A stretch of DNA of 63,994 bases, filler included, from Fonticula-like sp. SCN 57-25 (taxonomy: Eukaryota): the NCBI GenBank assembly GCA_001724245.1. It is 4 parts of 4 records of this genome, joined end to end, with 100 filler letters (N's around TTAATTAATTAA, not from the genome) between each part and the next. Parts side by side here need not be neighbours in the genome. Positions count along the whole stretch, not along the records: positions 1 to 19,727 come from MEDX01000119.1; 3 more parts are not named here. One strand, written 5' to 3'. This document shows positions 1-13,661 of the stretch, one piece after another (position 1 is the stretch's first letter; each line of letters starts with the position of its first letter). A model generated the notes under the pieces. It was not told where the DNA came from and did not search any database. It was given only the letters and a program-made list of their open reading frames with translations. Made by a program: the position numbers and the translations under genes.

Positions 1-347
1 AGCTGACCGACAGGACGCGCACGCCAATAGGACAGCGTTCACGCCTCGTAGCTTATCTTTGACTGGTTGAACCTTTTGTATACTCTCTGTGTGTTGCCTC
101 GTGGCACCTTCGGTTCTCTTGTGCTCTCCTCTTTGCATGAGCAATACAAGCTTGACACATTGTCACACATGCTCAAAAAATGAACTTTCAGCACGAAAAA
201 AAGACATAAATGCACGCAAAAGACATAATAAATAGTATCAAGTGTGTCGAAAATTGCCAGTAAAAAGAGATAATGTCTATGAAAAGTACATTGAGAAACT
301 AAATGCATGAAAGGTAAGGTACAAACAGTTAAATATGACAAGACGAC

Positions 348-2777
348 TCACTCGTCCTGCAAAAAGGACATGTCTTGTTTGATGTGCAGCATCGAGGGCG
401 TCGTCGTCTGCGACTCTGCCTGCTCCTCTTGCTGCTGCTGTGGTGATGGTGGATTATGTTCTTGCTTCTGATCCTCTTGCTGATCCTGCTCATCTTGCCG
501 ATCTTGATCCTGACGATCCTGACGATCCTGTTGGCGATCCTGCCGATCCTGTTGGCGATCTTGCTGCTGTTGCGGCAGAGGCCGCATGAGCATGCGCATG
601 TCCTCGAGCCGCTGCTCGCGCTGCGCATTTCTGTTGCGCTCTCGCCCGAATGCCTGGTCCATGATGTCGCGCTTGCGCTCCTGGAGAAGCAGCACGCGCT
701 CCTCGACCGAGTTTTCCACGATGAAGCGGATGACGTTGACGGTGCGTGTCTGGCCAATGCGGTGAACGCGGTCAATCGCTTGGTCTTCAGCAGCCTACAA
801 AATTATGTTAGAATACATGAGAAAGAAAAAGAAAAGCAAAAAAAATATGCACGAAAAGGAAATAATTGTAACTAAAATCACGTAAAAACAATGAAAATGC
901 CACAAAACACGCACAAAAAGAACCCATTTACACATAAAATACACACAAAAACATCATTCACTATTCACTATTCACCCTTCCCTTCCACGTGGCCATACCG
1001 GGTTCCACCACGGATCCAAGATCACCACCTGCGACGCCGCCGTCAAATTCAGCCCAATCCCGCCACACCTCAGCGACACCAAAAACACCGTGACGTCACC
1101 ATCATTCTGGAACCTCTCAATGACGTCATCGCGCTGCTTCCTATTCATATCGCCATCCAGCCGCACATAAGAATAATCCCGATCGCGCAAAAACGGCTCA
1201 AAAATATCGAGCATGGACGTCCACTGCGAAAAGATGACTGTCTTAATATTCGGGTCTGATTGGCGCGTCGTCTCGAGAAAGGTCAAAGCGGCGTCGATCT
1301 TTGGGCTAGAAGTGAGCGCGCGGGCTTGGGCGGCGGCGGAGCGCGCGCGGGCACGTGACTGCTCGCGCTTGTTGTCGCGGAGAATGTCAGAGGGGGCGAG
1401 GGGGCGCTGGCAGACGGGGCACTCTTGGCTGGTTTCGAGGTGCGTCGATATACAATTGAAGCAGCATATGTGAAGGCACTAGAAAAAGGATTAATATGGG
1501 AAATAATATGTGTCAATGAAGCAATAAAGTATAAAATCATCTTTGAAATTCAATGTCAACAGGAAAATGAACCAAAACAGAGTCAAATTTACATGAAAAC
1601 CAAAATTACCTTTCAAAACAAGACCATAAAATGCCTACAAATTACACCAACATGACCATAAAATGCCTATAAACTACACATAAATGCAATATTATGCCAT
1701 TTTTCTCCCCTTTTCCCTTCACTTTTCCTCCCTTTTTCCCTTTGTACCGGTGTGATTGATGGCTCCTCTAGTGTCCTCATACAAATCGCACAGTCCTCCG
1801 CCTCACTCCCTCTCATCAGCGCAATCATCTCCTGCTGCATTGACCCCCCCACCGCCCCACTACACAACCCCGGGTGGTCGCACAGCTGCCTCAGCCTCGT
1901 CAGCAGCACCAAAAAGTGCATATACTTTCCAATATTCCTTTCCGCCGGGTTGACCCCCGCCGCGCGGTCCGCCGCCGCCTCCTTTGCCGCCTTCAAATAC
2001 GCCTCGAGCGCGTCCCTGCTGTCCGTCTCGAGGCGATCGTACAGCGCGCGCTCGCGCTCCTGCAGCTGAATCTTGTACACGACCACGTGCCTGTCGGGCA
2101 GCGAAATGAGCCGCTCGCCGTCCAGCTCGGCGTTCTTGACGCGACGCAGGCACAGGCTCTGCATCAGCTCTTGGAGGCGCGGCACGCTCTCATTCGGGTT
2201 GTGCCGCAGCGGGCGCGCAAAGCAGCTCGTCCACCAATAGTGCTCGCTGAACGGCACAGCACGTAAAAACTTTAATAGGGAATACAGGTCGTCGAGCTGG
2301 TTCTGAATGGGAGTTCCGGTGAGGCACCAGCGGCGGCGGGCGCGCAGCGCGCAGGCGGCGAGCGACTGCTTGGCGCGCGCCGTCTTGATCGAGTGCGCCT
2401 CGTCGAGCACGACGCGGTCCCACAGGATCTGGTGAAGAATGCCTTGGCGGTCGAGGGGAAGGGGGGGTGCAGGGGGGTCGTCCTTGGAGGTCGAGGGGGG
2501 GCCGACGAATTCTTGAGCGAGGATGGAGTAGGTGGTGATGATGACGTCATGTTCGGCGAGGTATTCGGCGTTGGCGGAGCGGGAGGAGCCGTGGTAGACG
2601 TACACGCTAAAGGTGTTGGGGGAGAGATGGGTCTGAAAAAGGGGTGAGTAGGGAAAAGTGGGCAGGAATAGAGAAGAAATGGACTGGAATGGTAAATACA
2701 GAACTTGAAGAGTCATATTCACACATCAATGACACTTATCAATGACACTCATCAATGTCACTCATGACACTCGTCTT

Positions 2778-2842
<65 letters not shown>

Positions 2843-5156
2843 ATCATCATCATCATCAATGATACTCATCAATGACACTCAATAATTGCCAATGGTATTC
2901 AAGTATCAACACGAACAATAGCCAATTATCATCAACAACATACACAACTCTCAGCAAATCATCATCAATAAACACCCAAAAACCCAAAATCCCTTCCAAA
3001 TATCCTTCAACGTACGTCCATCTGCGACACCCAATTGCCAATCACCGACAGCGGGCACACAATCAGCGTCGCGCGCGTCTTTATCATCTGCGCCAGCATG
3101 GCGTCATCCTGCACGCCCGTCGACATATCTGACACGTCATCAATAAATTCGCCCGCCGCCAGACGCGCGTCCTCTGCTTCGCGCGCCGCCGCCATGAGAG
3201 AAATTACTTGGATGGTCTTGCCGAGGCCCATGTCGTCGGCGAGGATGCCGCCGCGGGGGATGTACGGCGCGTGGCGCATGGCGGATGTCGTGACAGAGTT
3301 GATAAAGGCGTTGCGGAGAGGGTCCCATTTCCAGAAGAAGACGGTTTCGGTGGCAGTGGGGCGAGGCGGATTCTGAAAAGGAGAGGAGAAAAATGGAGAC
3401 AAAAGGAAGAAAATTGAACAAAAATGACAAGGAAAAGAAAGGGAAAATGACACAAAAATGACACAAACAAACAAAAATCAACACAAAATCAATACAAAAT
3501 CGACACAAATTGACACAAAACATACCAAAAATTATTCAAGCCAGTGAGAAAAATCACTAAATTGTTCATTCGCACCTCGTGCTGCTTCATCCACCAAAGG
3601 CCCTGAAGTTGATGCGGCAACAACTGCGCCTGGATGGCCGCCGGCGGCTCAGCCTTTGGCAGGCTCAGCTGCTGCTGCTGAAGCTTTGCAAAGATTTCCT
3701 ACGGCCACGTGTCAACATCCACATGGTCATTACCCACATGGTCCGTACCTCGAGCATCTGCTTTGAGTTTTCGAGCACTTGGCCGCCCTCGAGCATGCTC
3801 GTGTGGGCCGACGCGGCGCCAACCAAAGCGGCGCTCTGCTCGGCAGTACCGACGGCAAAGGCGGGCATGTCCACGTAGCGGTAGGCAGAAGTTGAACGCG
3901 GGCCGTGAATGGCAGAGTAGCGGTCAGTGGCAATCAGGCGGCCACGCTGAAGAGAGGTTAAAATGAAAGGAAAGCAAGTCAAAGTGAGGCGAAAAAGTAA
4001 AGAAAAGTAGTCGAAATATGTCAAAAAGTAGAGAAAAGTAATCAAAATGACATCAAAAATAAAAAATGCGGTCAAATTTTAACCAGAAATAAAAGAAACT
4101 CAAATAATTCTGGCGTACGCGGCAGACGTCGAGGACCTGCATGTGGTGCTCAGGGCGACCGTACAAGAGCAGCTTGAGTGGTATCGAGTACACGGCGGAC
4201 TCTGTCACGACGCCTTCAATGCGCACAATTTGCTGGTCGACGAGCGGCGCGAGGAACTGCGACTGCTCGTGCAGAATGTTGCCGACTTGCTGGTTCTGCG
4301 AGTTGACCACCTTTAGCGCCGTCGGGTCGAGCTTGTTTTGCAGGTCGCGCAGAACGCCGACCGTCTCGCGCACGCTCACCTTGCCGGAATAATATTGAAC
4401 GCCTGGAAAGTGCATTAGCGCGATGGAAAATCAGCAAAAATGACTTAAAAGCACGAAAAAGTCGCTCAAAACAACAGAAATAAAATGGACAAAGTACGTA
4501 CCGACAATGCGCGAAAGTACTTCAAATAATAAAAACTCTTCTGGCGCGTCAACGTCGTAAACAACCGCTTCAGAAGGCTCGGCCTTTGATGTTGCGGCGG
4601 GGGCGGGTCCCGCCGGCGGCTCCACGACGGACGGGCCGCCGTCGTCGTCGGTCAGATCGACAACTTCCCACGGCAGGACGCTCGTCGAGCGCTGGGCTGG
4701 CGGCGGCGGCGGGGCAACATTCGGCTCGGCCTTTGCCGTCCGCCCCATCGTGCGCGGGCGAGCCGCCGCCATCCGAGCGGCGTTCTGCGCGGCCATCATG
4801 GACGCTTGATGGCGGCGATGCATCTCGGCCGTCAACGTCGCCTGCATATGGGCAAAGTCGGTGGCGAGCGACGTCGCCGGCGTCGGAGGGGCCTGCGGCG
4901 GGACGCGCGGGGTAGACACCTCCATCGCGTCATCATCGCGCTTTCGCTTGAGAGATTCGGCCTCGGTATCAAAGGTGGCGACCGGGGTGCGCTCGGGCAG
5001 CGGTGCCAACAAGGCGGCCTCGGACGGCCACATGACGCGCGGGAGCTCGTCCTCGCCTAAATCGAAAGCTGGTTGTGAGGCCCCGTCGTCGGTGCCGTCA
5101 AAGAACCCGCCGGGATCCGAGACGGGATCGCCAAAGAGTTGCCCATTGGCGGACAT
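348..5156 (-). CDS. RAD5/HLTF-like SNF2 helicase (HIRAN + SNF2 ATPase + RING + helicase C), multi-exon
   Basis: HIRAN-like [24 protein letters not shown] (4110-4402); [64 protein letters not shown]../[13 protein letters not shown] split by an intron; VIFSQWT, LNLTAAS, DPWWNP. A further small 3' exon (39-~130) is possible. Confidence 0.92.
2779..2858. repeat. (CAT)n microsatellite within a helicase intron
   Basis: About 26 near-perfect CAT units read directly. Confidence 0.95.
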
Positions 5157-5411
5157 GCTCGCGGTCCGTGACGTTGGCTGCGACCCGCCAAAAAATCATA
5201 TGATCACGTGATAGATATTTGCATTTGATTTGTCAGCATTACGTTGGCATTGCATGCGAGCTGCTTTCCACTGGCCATGCCGACGCGATTCGCGCCGCAT
5301 CTCGAACGGCATCGTTATAGTAACCGTGCTATTAAGCTCGCTATAGCAGTACAATACTGGCAAAAAGTTACATACTAATAGACATACAACAAAAATTTCA
5401 CAATACTTGAT

Positions 5412-6954
5412 TTATCGCGCTCTCCTGTCTGCCTTTGCGCCTCCCGCCTTGGCCGCCTGCGCTGCCTGCCCTGCGGCCCTCCCTCCCCCCTGTGCCGCCT
5501 TTGTTTCCTTTTTCGGAATCGCCGCCTTTGGCGCCTCCGCCGCGGCTTCGACCTTTACCTCGGCCTCATCTCCCCTGCCCGGCCGCCGGCACACGAGCAC
5601 CGCCTTGTCGGCTACGCTGCCGATCACCAGGTGCCGATCTGCCACGGCCACAACACTGGCGGCGGCAATGTCACCGCCGGTGACGCTCGTCCCATTACCG
5701 TGCGTGCGGAAGAGCTCGGACACGGCGGGCGAGTAGAGTGCGTCACGGACGACGAACGCCTGCGACGGCGCGCCACCTAACGTGCGTCAGCAAAATGACC
5801 GCGTAAGATCGGGATCGTACCGGGACGCCCGCCGTCTTTCATGTAGACGACGAGGGAAAGGACGTCGGGGTGCGCGCCGACGTACACGTCGCCGGTCTCG
5901 CGGTCGACGGACACGTTGTCAAGGCCGCTGTCGATGCCGACAATGTTGGCCAGGGCGAGCGAGTTGTCGGGCTGAACGCGGTACACATTCAACCGACGGC
6001 CAATCGTCTCGGTCACATACAACTAGAGAAAAAGACAGACATATAAGTAACATTTATGAGGCGCACAGATGAGGAACAAATAGGACGAGAGAAACAGAAA
6101 TGACGGTGAACATTGAACGTACGAGATCGCCCTGCGGCGATGTCTGGACGCCGTTGGCAAACTTGAGGCCCTTGGCGGCGACCTGCGCGCCGCGACCCGC
6201 CGCGTAGTATACGACGTTGCCAAAGGGAACGAGGGCGAGCATTTCGACGGCGCGCATCGCCTCGTTGCTAAACATGCCATCGTTCGTCACGTAAAAGCTG
6301 ACAGGAAGAATGAGCAATCGGCGCGGGAGGAACAATAGAGACGAACCTGTCGGGCCCGACGGCCGCAACGTCGTTTGGCGACACAATTAGAGGGTCCTCG
6401 TAGGAGGCGACGTGGCGCAGCTGGAGGCCGCCGGCCGCCTCGACAATGTCAAACACGGAGACGCACGGCATGTAGATTGGCCACAGGGCTTCCATGATCG
6501 CCGTCTTGCGGAAGCGGCGGCGTCGGTTCGCCACGAATAGCCGGCGAATATTTAGCCGTTTGTCGACGTAGACCGAAATGCCGACCGGCCGGAATGACGC
6601 AAACGGGTAATCCACCAGCGGCAGAGGCGTCAGGGCGGCGCGCGGCGACGGAAGAGACGCAAGATTCAAGGCGTAAATCCCTACGTGATCAAAGGACGGC
6701 GCCATCCCTACGGCCGGAATAAACTCTGAACGAAGAGAATTCGAAGATACAAAGGCGATATTATTGTCATGGTCAATGGCGATATCCTCTGACGCATCCA
6801 TCCCGAGATACCGCACACACGCGTCCAGACCATGTGGTGAGAAGGATCCATCTCCACTCCCGCTCACTCTGATGACATCAGAGACAACCAGCGCAACATA
6901 AACAGCCAGTGCCGTGGCGCCCAGCGCCCCAAAGAGCGCACGCGCCCTAAACAT
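5412..6954 (-). CDS. Paraoxonase/arylesterase (PON-like beta-propeller) with N-terminal signal anchor, multi-exon
   Basis: ASEDIAID, PNDVAAVGP, FYVTND, FANGVQTSP, YVTET, LDNVSVD and GSVADKAVLVC match PON family motifs; hydrophobic N-terminus MFRARALFGALGATALAVYVALVV. Confidence 0.85.
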
Positions 6955-7406
6955 GGTGCTCGCAACCGCGTCCCAACCGAAAAAAACGACTCTTATCGGA
7001 GCGAGCGAGCCTTTTTCATGCACGTAGTTCAGCAGCCAAAAAAGGAAATTGGATTGTGGGGAAAAGTGATCTGATTGGTCAGATTGTTTGGCGCGCAGAT
7101 TCCGCGCTAGGCTGGCGTCACCAGAGATAGGGGCGGGAACAGGGGAAGTCGGAGGTCGGTGGATCGTGTATAATGTTACAAACAACGAGTTAAAATCGAG
7201 ACATATCATGATGATAAAGTACAGACAGAGAAGCCATAGTTGGCATCCTAACATAAACCCGTCGAATGATACTAGTGAACTGGTGGGGTAGGTAGGTAAT
7301 AAGTAATGCGGGTGCCTTGTGACGCCGCGCGGTGGACATGATAAACTAAAGAGACGATACAGTTAACTCGCCTTGAATGAATGAACCTGTTGAAATGCAG
7401 CTATGC

Positions 7407-10164
7407 TCAGGGTGAAACTGCGACGATGCTAATCTCGGTCGTCACCTCCTTGTTCAGGAATGAGTCGGTACGTTTGACCGTGCGGTCTCGCTCCCTCTGC
7501 GGCAACGTCTTTTGCCACATTTTCGCCGACCAATCCTCAAGATCCTTCTTCTCCTGCTCCTCGCTGTTCTTGTTCTGCTTGGCCCACTTTTCAATGAGGC
7601 GCTGCTGCGGAGGCGACCCGTCGCCCGCGTGGCGCGGCTCGCACAGCAGCGAGCACGAGTACAGCACCGTCTGCTCCATCATGGCATTGGGGACCTTGAG
7701 GTACTCTTGCATCGCAATTGAAAGGCGCGTCGTCGGGAACTCGTACGGGACGCGCTTGAGCATCTGCACGAAAAAGATGGGCTCGGCGAGGCGGCGCAGC
7801 TTGGAAAAGCTAAACACCTTGGGGCGAAGCGTCTTGGGGATGCCGTCATTGAGGAAGGTAAGGTCGCGAAGGAGAAGGCCGAGGAACGGAATGCACGGCG
7901 TCTTGATCGACGTCGGGCTCTAAAAATGAAATTTCGTCAGAAAAACACGCAAAAATACGCCAAAATGCAACCAAAAACGTACAGTGCCGAGCGCCGCCAT
8001 AAACTCGCGGTAGGCGCGAAAGTTACCCGCGTCGCTCATGAGCGTCTCGAGCTCCATAAATGCCTCGATGAGCTTTGGGTTGACGTGGTTCCATGTCTTT
8101 TGCAGCCTGCGCACTGCGCTGTTGTTGAGGCCCGACAGGATGGCCATGGTCGCGTTGAGGTTGTGGATGCGGCGGCACTCGACCGCGACGCGGATAAAGT
8201 TTTCGAGAAGGCGCACGCGCTTCTTCTGCTCGGGCTGGACGCAAATTTCCGTCGCGACAAAGTAGCTGATCGTGTTGAACCACTCGATCATGTCCTGCAG
8301 GTACTGCGTCTTGACCGAGTTGCCCTCCCACAGGCGGCACACAAACTCGACCGGGTGGATGGCGGCAAACTTTTCATAGTCGACTAGCGTCAGCTGGTGC
8401 GCAAACTCAATCGGGTCCAGAATGTAAAACTCGAGCTGCCGGTCGCGCTTCTGCTTCTTGAGCTCGGCCTCGCGCGCCTTTGCACGCCGCGCGTTCTCGG
8501 TCGCAATCTCAAACTCTTCGTGGAGGCTCTGCGCGCGCTGGCGGAGGCGGCCAATGAGCCCGGCGAGCTGCGGGTTCTGCTCGACAACCATGTCAAAAAA
8601 GTCTTGCAGGCCGGCGCGCGCCGTCGGGTCGTGCTCAAAGTCCATCCAGTAGTGCTCCATCCACCGCTTGATGATGCCGATCGTGCGGATCTGGATGACG
8701 GGCTTCCACGTCTCAAAGTAGACAAGCTGGTGCATCTCGGCGTTGGGCGGCGGGATCACGTTGAAGCGCGAGCTCAGGTGCTCAAGAAGTACAGTGGCAG
8801 TGCACAGGTACCGATAGGTCAAAAGGAAAATGTCGGCGTACTTGCGGTCGGGAACCTCCTCGTCCGCCAGGTGCTCAACAAGCATCGACAGCGAGCCGCC
8901 GAGCACGTTCAGACGGTCGTACGTCCCGTCCGTCTTTTTCTGGAATTGCAGCACGAGCTCCTTTGAGTCGACGCGCAGCATCCGCGACAGGTCGGGCGAC
9001 GCCGACGGCGACCGCGGCGTCGTCACGAGCGACACTTCCTCGTCGTCGGCAGTGTCGTCGGGGCCGGGCGACCCGCCTTCGCCCAACGCGGCGGCAGCGG
9101 CGGCGCGCTTCTCCTGCAGCGCGCGCATGCTCTCGAGCATCTTGCGGCGCGAGTTTTCGCGCATGAGCACAGACTTGCGCTGCCGGCGAGCGTCAATGAT
9201 GGCGTCGCGCAGCATCGCCGCCTTGGCCTCCTGCTGCACAGACACGGCGCCGGTCTCGGTCGCGACCGCTTCGGCCTTGCGCTCATGCACGCGCAGCTCG
9301 GCGCTCAGAATGTTGCGCGAGTCGTCGGCGAACAGCATCGAGGTCGCGTTGCGGCCAAGGGTGCGCGACGGGGCGGCGCCCTGGCACTGCTTGAGCACGT
9401 CAAACCACGTATCGCGCTCCTCGGCGTTTTCTGCGCGCAGCATAAAAGTGCCGGTGCTCGACCGCTCCACGAGGATCGTGTCGTCGTTGAGCTCAGAGAC
9501 CTTGGCGTTGAGCAGCGGGATCTCAAAGATGGCATCGTCGAGATCATCGGGCTCGCGGAAGGCGCGAAGGACAAAGTCGTCAAACACAAACCAGTGCGTT
9601 TGGCTGCCCTCGGCGGTCACATAGCTGAGCGAGCCGCGGCAAAAGCTCGAGATACCGTATTCGGTAGGGTGAACGTGCGACGCGGGAAGGCTATTTTGGA
9701 CAATCCGCCGACCGGTCAGCATCGAGTCCGAAAAGGCATCCTCGGGAATCTCGTAGAGGTCCTCCTTTGTCCGCGAGCGAGCCTTGCCCATCGACTGCGA
9801 GATGCCCTTCTTCAGCACCTTCTTCTCCTCGGACGGGGTCCGCGGGGTCTTGGGCGACTTTGGTGACCGCTGGGACGTCGGGGTCGATGGCGAGCTATCA
9901 TCGTCATTGGGAAACGTTGCCACACGAAGCGTGTGCTATATAAAACCAGGGTCAGCACACTGAGGCGGTAACTTTGCGAGTCGGCAAGTGCCAAGGAAAG
10001 AGGAAAATCACGGAGAGAAGAGACAAAACGACCCAAGCTCGGCATCCCGGAGCATTTAACCCACGCACATTTTGCCTCTGCCGCCCGAGCGACTTGAAGA
10101 ATCCACCTTCCCCACTAAACGAGAACCGCTTCCCGCGGTTCTGCAGCCTGACGGTTTCCGCCAT
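7407..10164 (-). CDS. Ras guanine-nucleotide exchange factor (PH + REM + CDC25), 3 exons
   Basis: PH-like HWFVFDD..LRAENAEERDTW; REM LVEHL..FLLTYRY; CDC25 FAHQLTLVD, WFNTISYFVATEI, NLNATMAILSGL, CIPFLGLLLRDLTFL. First exon MAETVRL.. at 10164 splices in frame to 9935. Confidence 0.92.
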
Positions 10165-10626
10165 GCTCGATCGCGCAGGGAGCCGCCAAGAGGTGCTTTG
10201 CGTTGCTAAGCAGGCGCGGGCCTTCGATACAAGGGGACTTTTTCCTTCTCCCCCCTCCCGTGGTTTGCCTTTGTTGTGCGTTCGCCCACCATATCGGGTC
10301 ACCAAAGAGAATTCCGTTCCTTTTTGGGACAATCGGCGAGGGACGCGACGGGGTGAGGGCCAGACTCTGCCCTTGAGTCTGCCCCGGAGTCGCGGGTGGC
10401 CGGCGATGGTGATTCGGGGAGGGCGGGGGGGCAGAAAGTGGACACCACGGAAAATGGCAGGTTGAGAAAGGTTGACTAGGGAAAAGCTCCATAAGGGTGG
10501 GCTGGAGAGGCAGAACGGGGCGCAAATGCGCGGGAAATGACGTGTTCGTATACTGTATGTATAGTGAGTCTATTGAAAAGCATTCTCTACGGCAATTAAG
10601 ATGATGAAAGTAATAGGAAGAATCGG

Positions 10627-11958
10627 TTAGAGCCCCGAGTAGGTTGGCCCATTCGAGCTGAGGATCCGCTCCGACTCGGTATTGTTCTCGGCCTCCTCCT
10701 TGTTTCGCCTGAGGTGCGCGATGAGCACGATGAGCCCCGAGAGCCCCGTGAGCAAGCCGAGCGCGATGATGACATACATCCACGGCCCGGGCGAGCACAG
10801 GAGGTTGTTGTCGCTCGCCTGGTGCAGGCTGCCGCACGGCGAGTGCTGCGCCGACCCGCCGGGGCAGATCGAGTTTTCGGGGCACGGGGACGGCGCCGCT
10901 GTCCTCTCGGACGGGCAGTAGTACCCGGGCGGGCAGGGCACGCACGTGTCGGACGAGTTGGACCCGACCACGCTAGAGTAGTAGCCGGCGCCGCAGCCGA
11001 CGCACATGGCGCTCGCAAAGCGCTCAGTGTACGTGCCGGCGGGGCAGAGGTAGCAGTGGTCCATGCCGTACTCGTCCTGCGCGTAGCCGGGGGTGCACTG
11101 AATGCACGCCTCGCACCCAACGTCACTGAGCAAACAGGAAAGGAGGTTAGAATTTGAGAAAAGAGCCAATAAAGTATGGCGCACGGGCAGTAGGAGCCGG
11201 GGGTGCAGCGATCGCACTTTGTGAAAGGGAACTTGCTCGTGGACCCGGCATCGCACTCGGTGCAGTTCACGCCTCCCTGCAAAAACAGCGCGGTTAGCAG
11301 ACATACAAACAGAAATATAACAAGGACGCACGCGGTCGGGCGAGATGGTTCCGTTCCAGCATGTGGTGCACGAGATGGTGCCGTTCGCGGGGGCGACCTG
11401 GCCGGGATCACAGAGGGCGCAGTAGGTGCTGTTGGTATCGGGCTGCTCGGTGCCGGGCTCGCACAGGATACACGACGCCTGGCCCTGATACCGCAACAAT
11501 GTTAGCAACAGGAAAGGAAGAAAGAAAAGAGATGCGCACGGCATCGGGCTGATACGATCCAGCATCGCACGGGGTGCAAACCGACGATCCCTATGGCGAT
11601 AAAAGTCAGGGACCGTGCAGATTGAGGCAAAAAGCGGTGCGCGCACGGGTTCGGGCGCATAGAATCCTTCCTCACATGCCGAGCAAAGGCCCTCGTAGCA
11701 CGTTCCGGGCTCGGCGCAGTCGCACCGCTCGGGATCGGGAATGAATCCCGTGGGGCACGGGATGCAGTTGGGGTCAGGCGGGGATTCGGTGGGTGCCTCT
11801 GTCGGGAATTCCGTCGGGAATTCCGTCGGCGGCGTATCATTAAAAGCCCGGGCGAAACCGCTGGGCGCGTTAAGAGAAGACGACGACGCTGACTGGGCAT
11901 GTACCAGCAAAAGTACTGCTAAAAGCGCGACGGCCGCCGTCGGCCATCCTCGCCCCAT
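10627..11958 (-). CDS. Type I membrane protein with Cys-rich GCC2/GCC3 (ephrin-receptor-like/TNFR-like) repeats
   Basis: Signal peptide; repeated CxxCxPGxY/CPAGTY units; TM WMYVIIALGLLTGLSGLIVLIA; short tail ending PTYSGL; frame changes explained by short introns. Confidence 0.8.
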   Translation of the reverse strand: MGRGWPTAAVALLAVLLLVHAQSASSSSLNAPSGFARAFNDTPPTEFPTEFPTEAPTESPPDPNCIPCPTGFIPDPERCDCAEPGTCYEGLCSACEEGFYAPEPVRAPLFASICTVPDFYRHRDRRFAPRAMLDRISPMPCASLFFLPFLLLTLLRYQGQASCILCEPGTEQPDTNSTYCALCDPGQVAPANGTISCTTCWNGTISPDRVRPCYISVCMSANRAVFAGRRELHRVRCRVHEQVPFHKVRSLHPRLLLPVRHTLLALFSNSNLLSCLLSDVGCEACIQCTPGYAQDEYGMDHCYLCPAGTYTERFASAMCVGCGAGYYSSVVGSNSSDTCVPCPPGYYCPSERTAAPSPCPENSICPGGSAQHSPCGSLHQASDNNLLCSPGPWMYVIIALGLLTGLSGLIVLIAHLRRNKEEAENNTESERILSSNGPTYSGL

Positions 11959-12187
11959 CCTGTGTCGACGTCGTCACACCCGACTTGAACACCTGACTTT
12001 GATAATTGACTTTGATTTTAATCGAGAAAATCGCATGCGGTTTGGGTGCGGGAAAGTCGATTGATGCGTTCAATAATGCGTGTTCACTTTGCAGATTGTT
12101 TTGTACGGTTTTGCAGTCGCCAAAGAGTCCAATTGCGGCGCGCTAAAATACAGAAAGCATGTATGACGACTTGCTCAACAAAAAAGT

Positions 12188-13132
12188 TTATTCGCTTTCA
12201 TCTAACTTTGGGAAAAAAACAGCAGTACAACTAATCGCGCCGTCGATCTTGCGCGCCTCGGCGCAGTCAAGGTCGATGATGGTGTGAACCGGCGGGTTCG
12301 GAACACTACTCGAGCGTTAAACAACGACAAAAGTAAATGAGCGGCGTACTTGACGAGCGCTTCCGTAAGAATGGCCTTGCTACGCGGGCAGTCGGCCGGC
12401 ACAAACAAGACCCCATTGACATGGACGACATTCGCGGCGGCCGCGTCCGGCACGTAGATGACGCCATACTGATGCGACGATATCGAGCTGATCGTATGGA
12501 CGCACGCGTGCCCAGCCTCCGAGTCGTGCGCCACAAGGCGGTCCGGCGCGGCCAGCGTCACCATGGACTTTAGGTGCAGGGCGCCCTTGACCGTGACCGG
12601 GTGGACGGGGTAGTCCGGGAATGCTGACTGAAGCACCTTTAGCTGCGGAAAGGGTCAACAACTATCAAAAAAGCGCGCAAAAAGAGCGTACAGCGCGCAT
12701 ATTTGTCCGCTCTGATTGGCCAACAAAAAACTCGCGCCCGGTGAAAAGAACGTCGCCGCCGTCCATGTACGCGATAGGATCCTTCTCCACCATGTTGACC
12801 AGGTTAAAGCGTGGCGCAAAATGCGAGCGAACGAGGTCGCGGACGGCGCGAGACTCGGCCCGCCGCGTCGGGTGACCCAACTGAGTAAATAGCACGGTGT
12901 TGCCCGCCACGATCATCGTGTCCTCGATAAACATGCAGTCCGGCAGCCCGTCATCGGCCTCCAGCTTGTGGACATTAGCCGGGCCGAGGATGGCGCAGAG
13001 ATGCGACCAGTACGAGTCCCAGTCCGCCTTGACGGCCGCGTAGCTGGGCCCCGTGCCCTTCTCAAGAGACTGGCCGGCCGCGACATTCGAGGAAACATCG
13101 CGCAGCACAGCGTGGGCGTACCGCATCGCCAT
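12188..13132 (-). CDS. DDAH: Dimethylarginine dimethylaminohydrolase (amidinotransferase family)
   Basis: LPDCMFIEDT, RRAE, MDGGDVLFTGREFFVGQSERTN, LHLKS; spliced last exon KIDGAISC carries the catalytic Cys. Confidence 0.9.
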
Positions 13133-13232
13133 CGGTTACGCTGCCAATAAAGGAGGCAGAACAGGGGCGAAGCGGAGGAAAACAAAAAATAAATGAAACC
13201 AAAGGGAATAGCGCCTAAAGGAGAGACACGAT

Positions 13233-13515
13233 TCACTGCCGAAGATCAGGACGGTCAAACGCGTTCACGTCCATTAACTGGTCGAGCGATTCCTGGACAA
13301 AGCCGAGTGCTGACGCCTCGATGAAAACGTGCGTTTCGTCCAAGTCCTTGATCACGAAACGCTTCTGACCCGACGCCTGACGCTCCGTATCCTTATGCAG
13401 GATAAACTGCTTAATGGCCGGGTCACTGTATCGCCACCGCGTTAGCGACAAACCCATGCGCTCGCCAAAGCCCTGCGTACACGGTGAGCAACACGCCCTT
13501 CACCGCGTTCACCAT
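13233..13515 (-). CDS. TFB5: TFIIH subunit TFB5/GTF2H5
   Basis: Spliced MVNAVKGVLLTV/DPAIKQFILHKD..FVIKDLDETHVFI, typical of TFB5. Confidence 0.9.
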
Positions 13516-13661
13516 CCGGCGTCAACTTCAATACAGCCCTGCCACAAGCCTGTGCGCATCACTTTGTGTCAGCATTTAACCACAGCCCTGCCACAGCACT
13601 GCGGCTAGTTAATTGTTTGGTTTGCGGCTTTGTGAGGTGTGCGTCGGCCGTTCGGGTCCGC

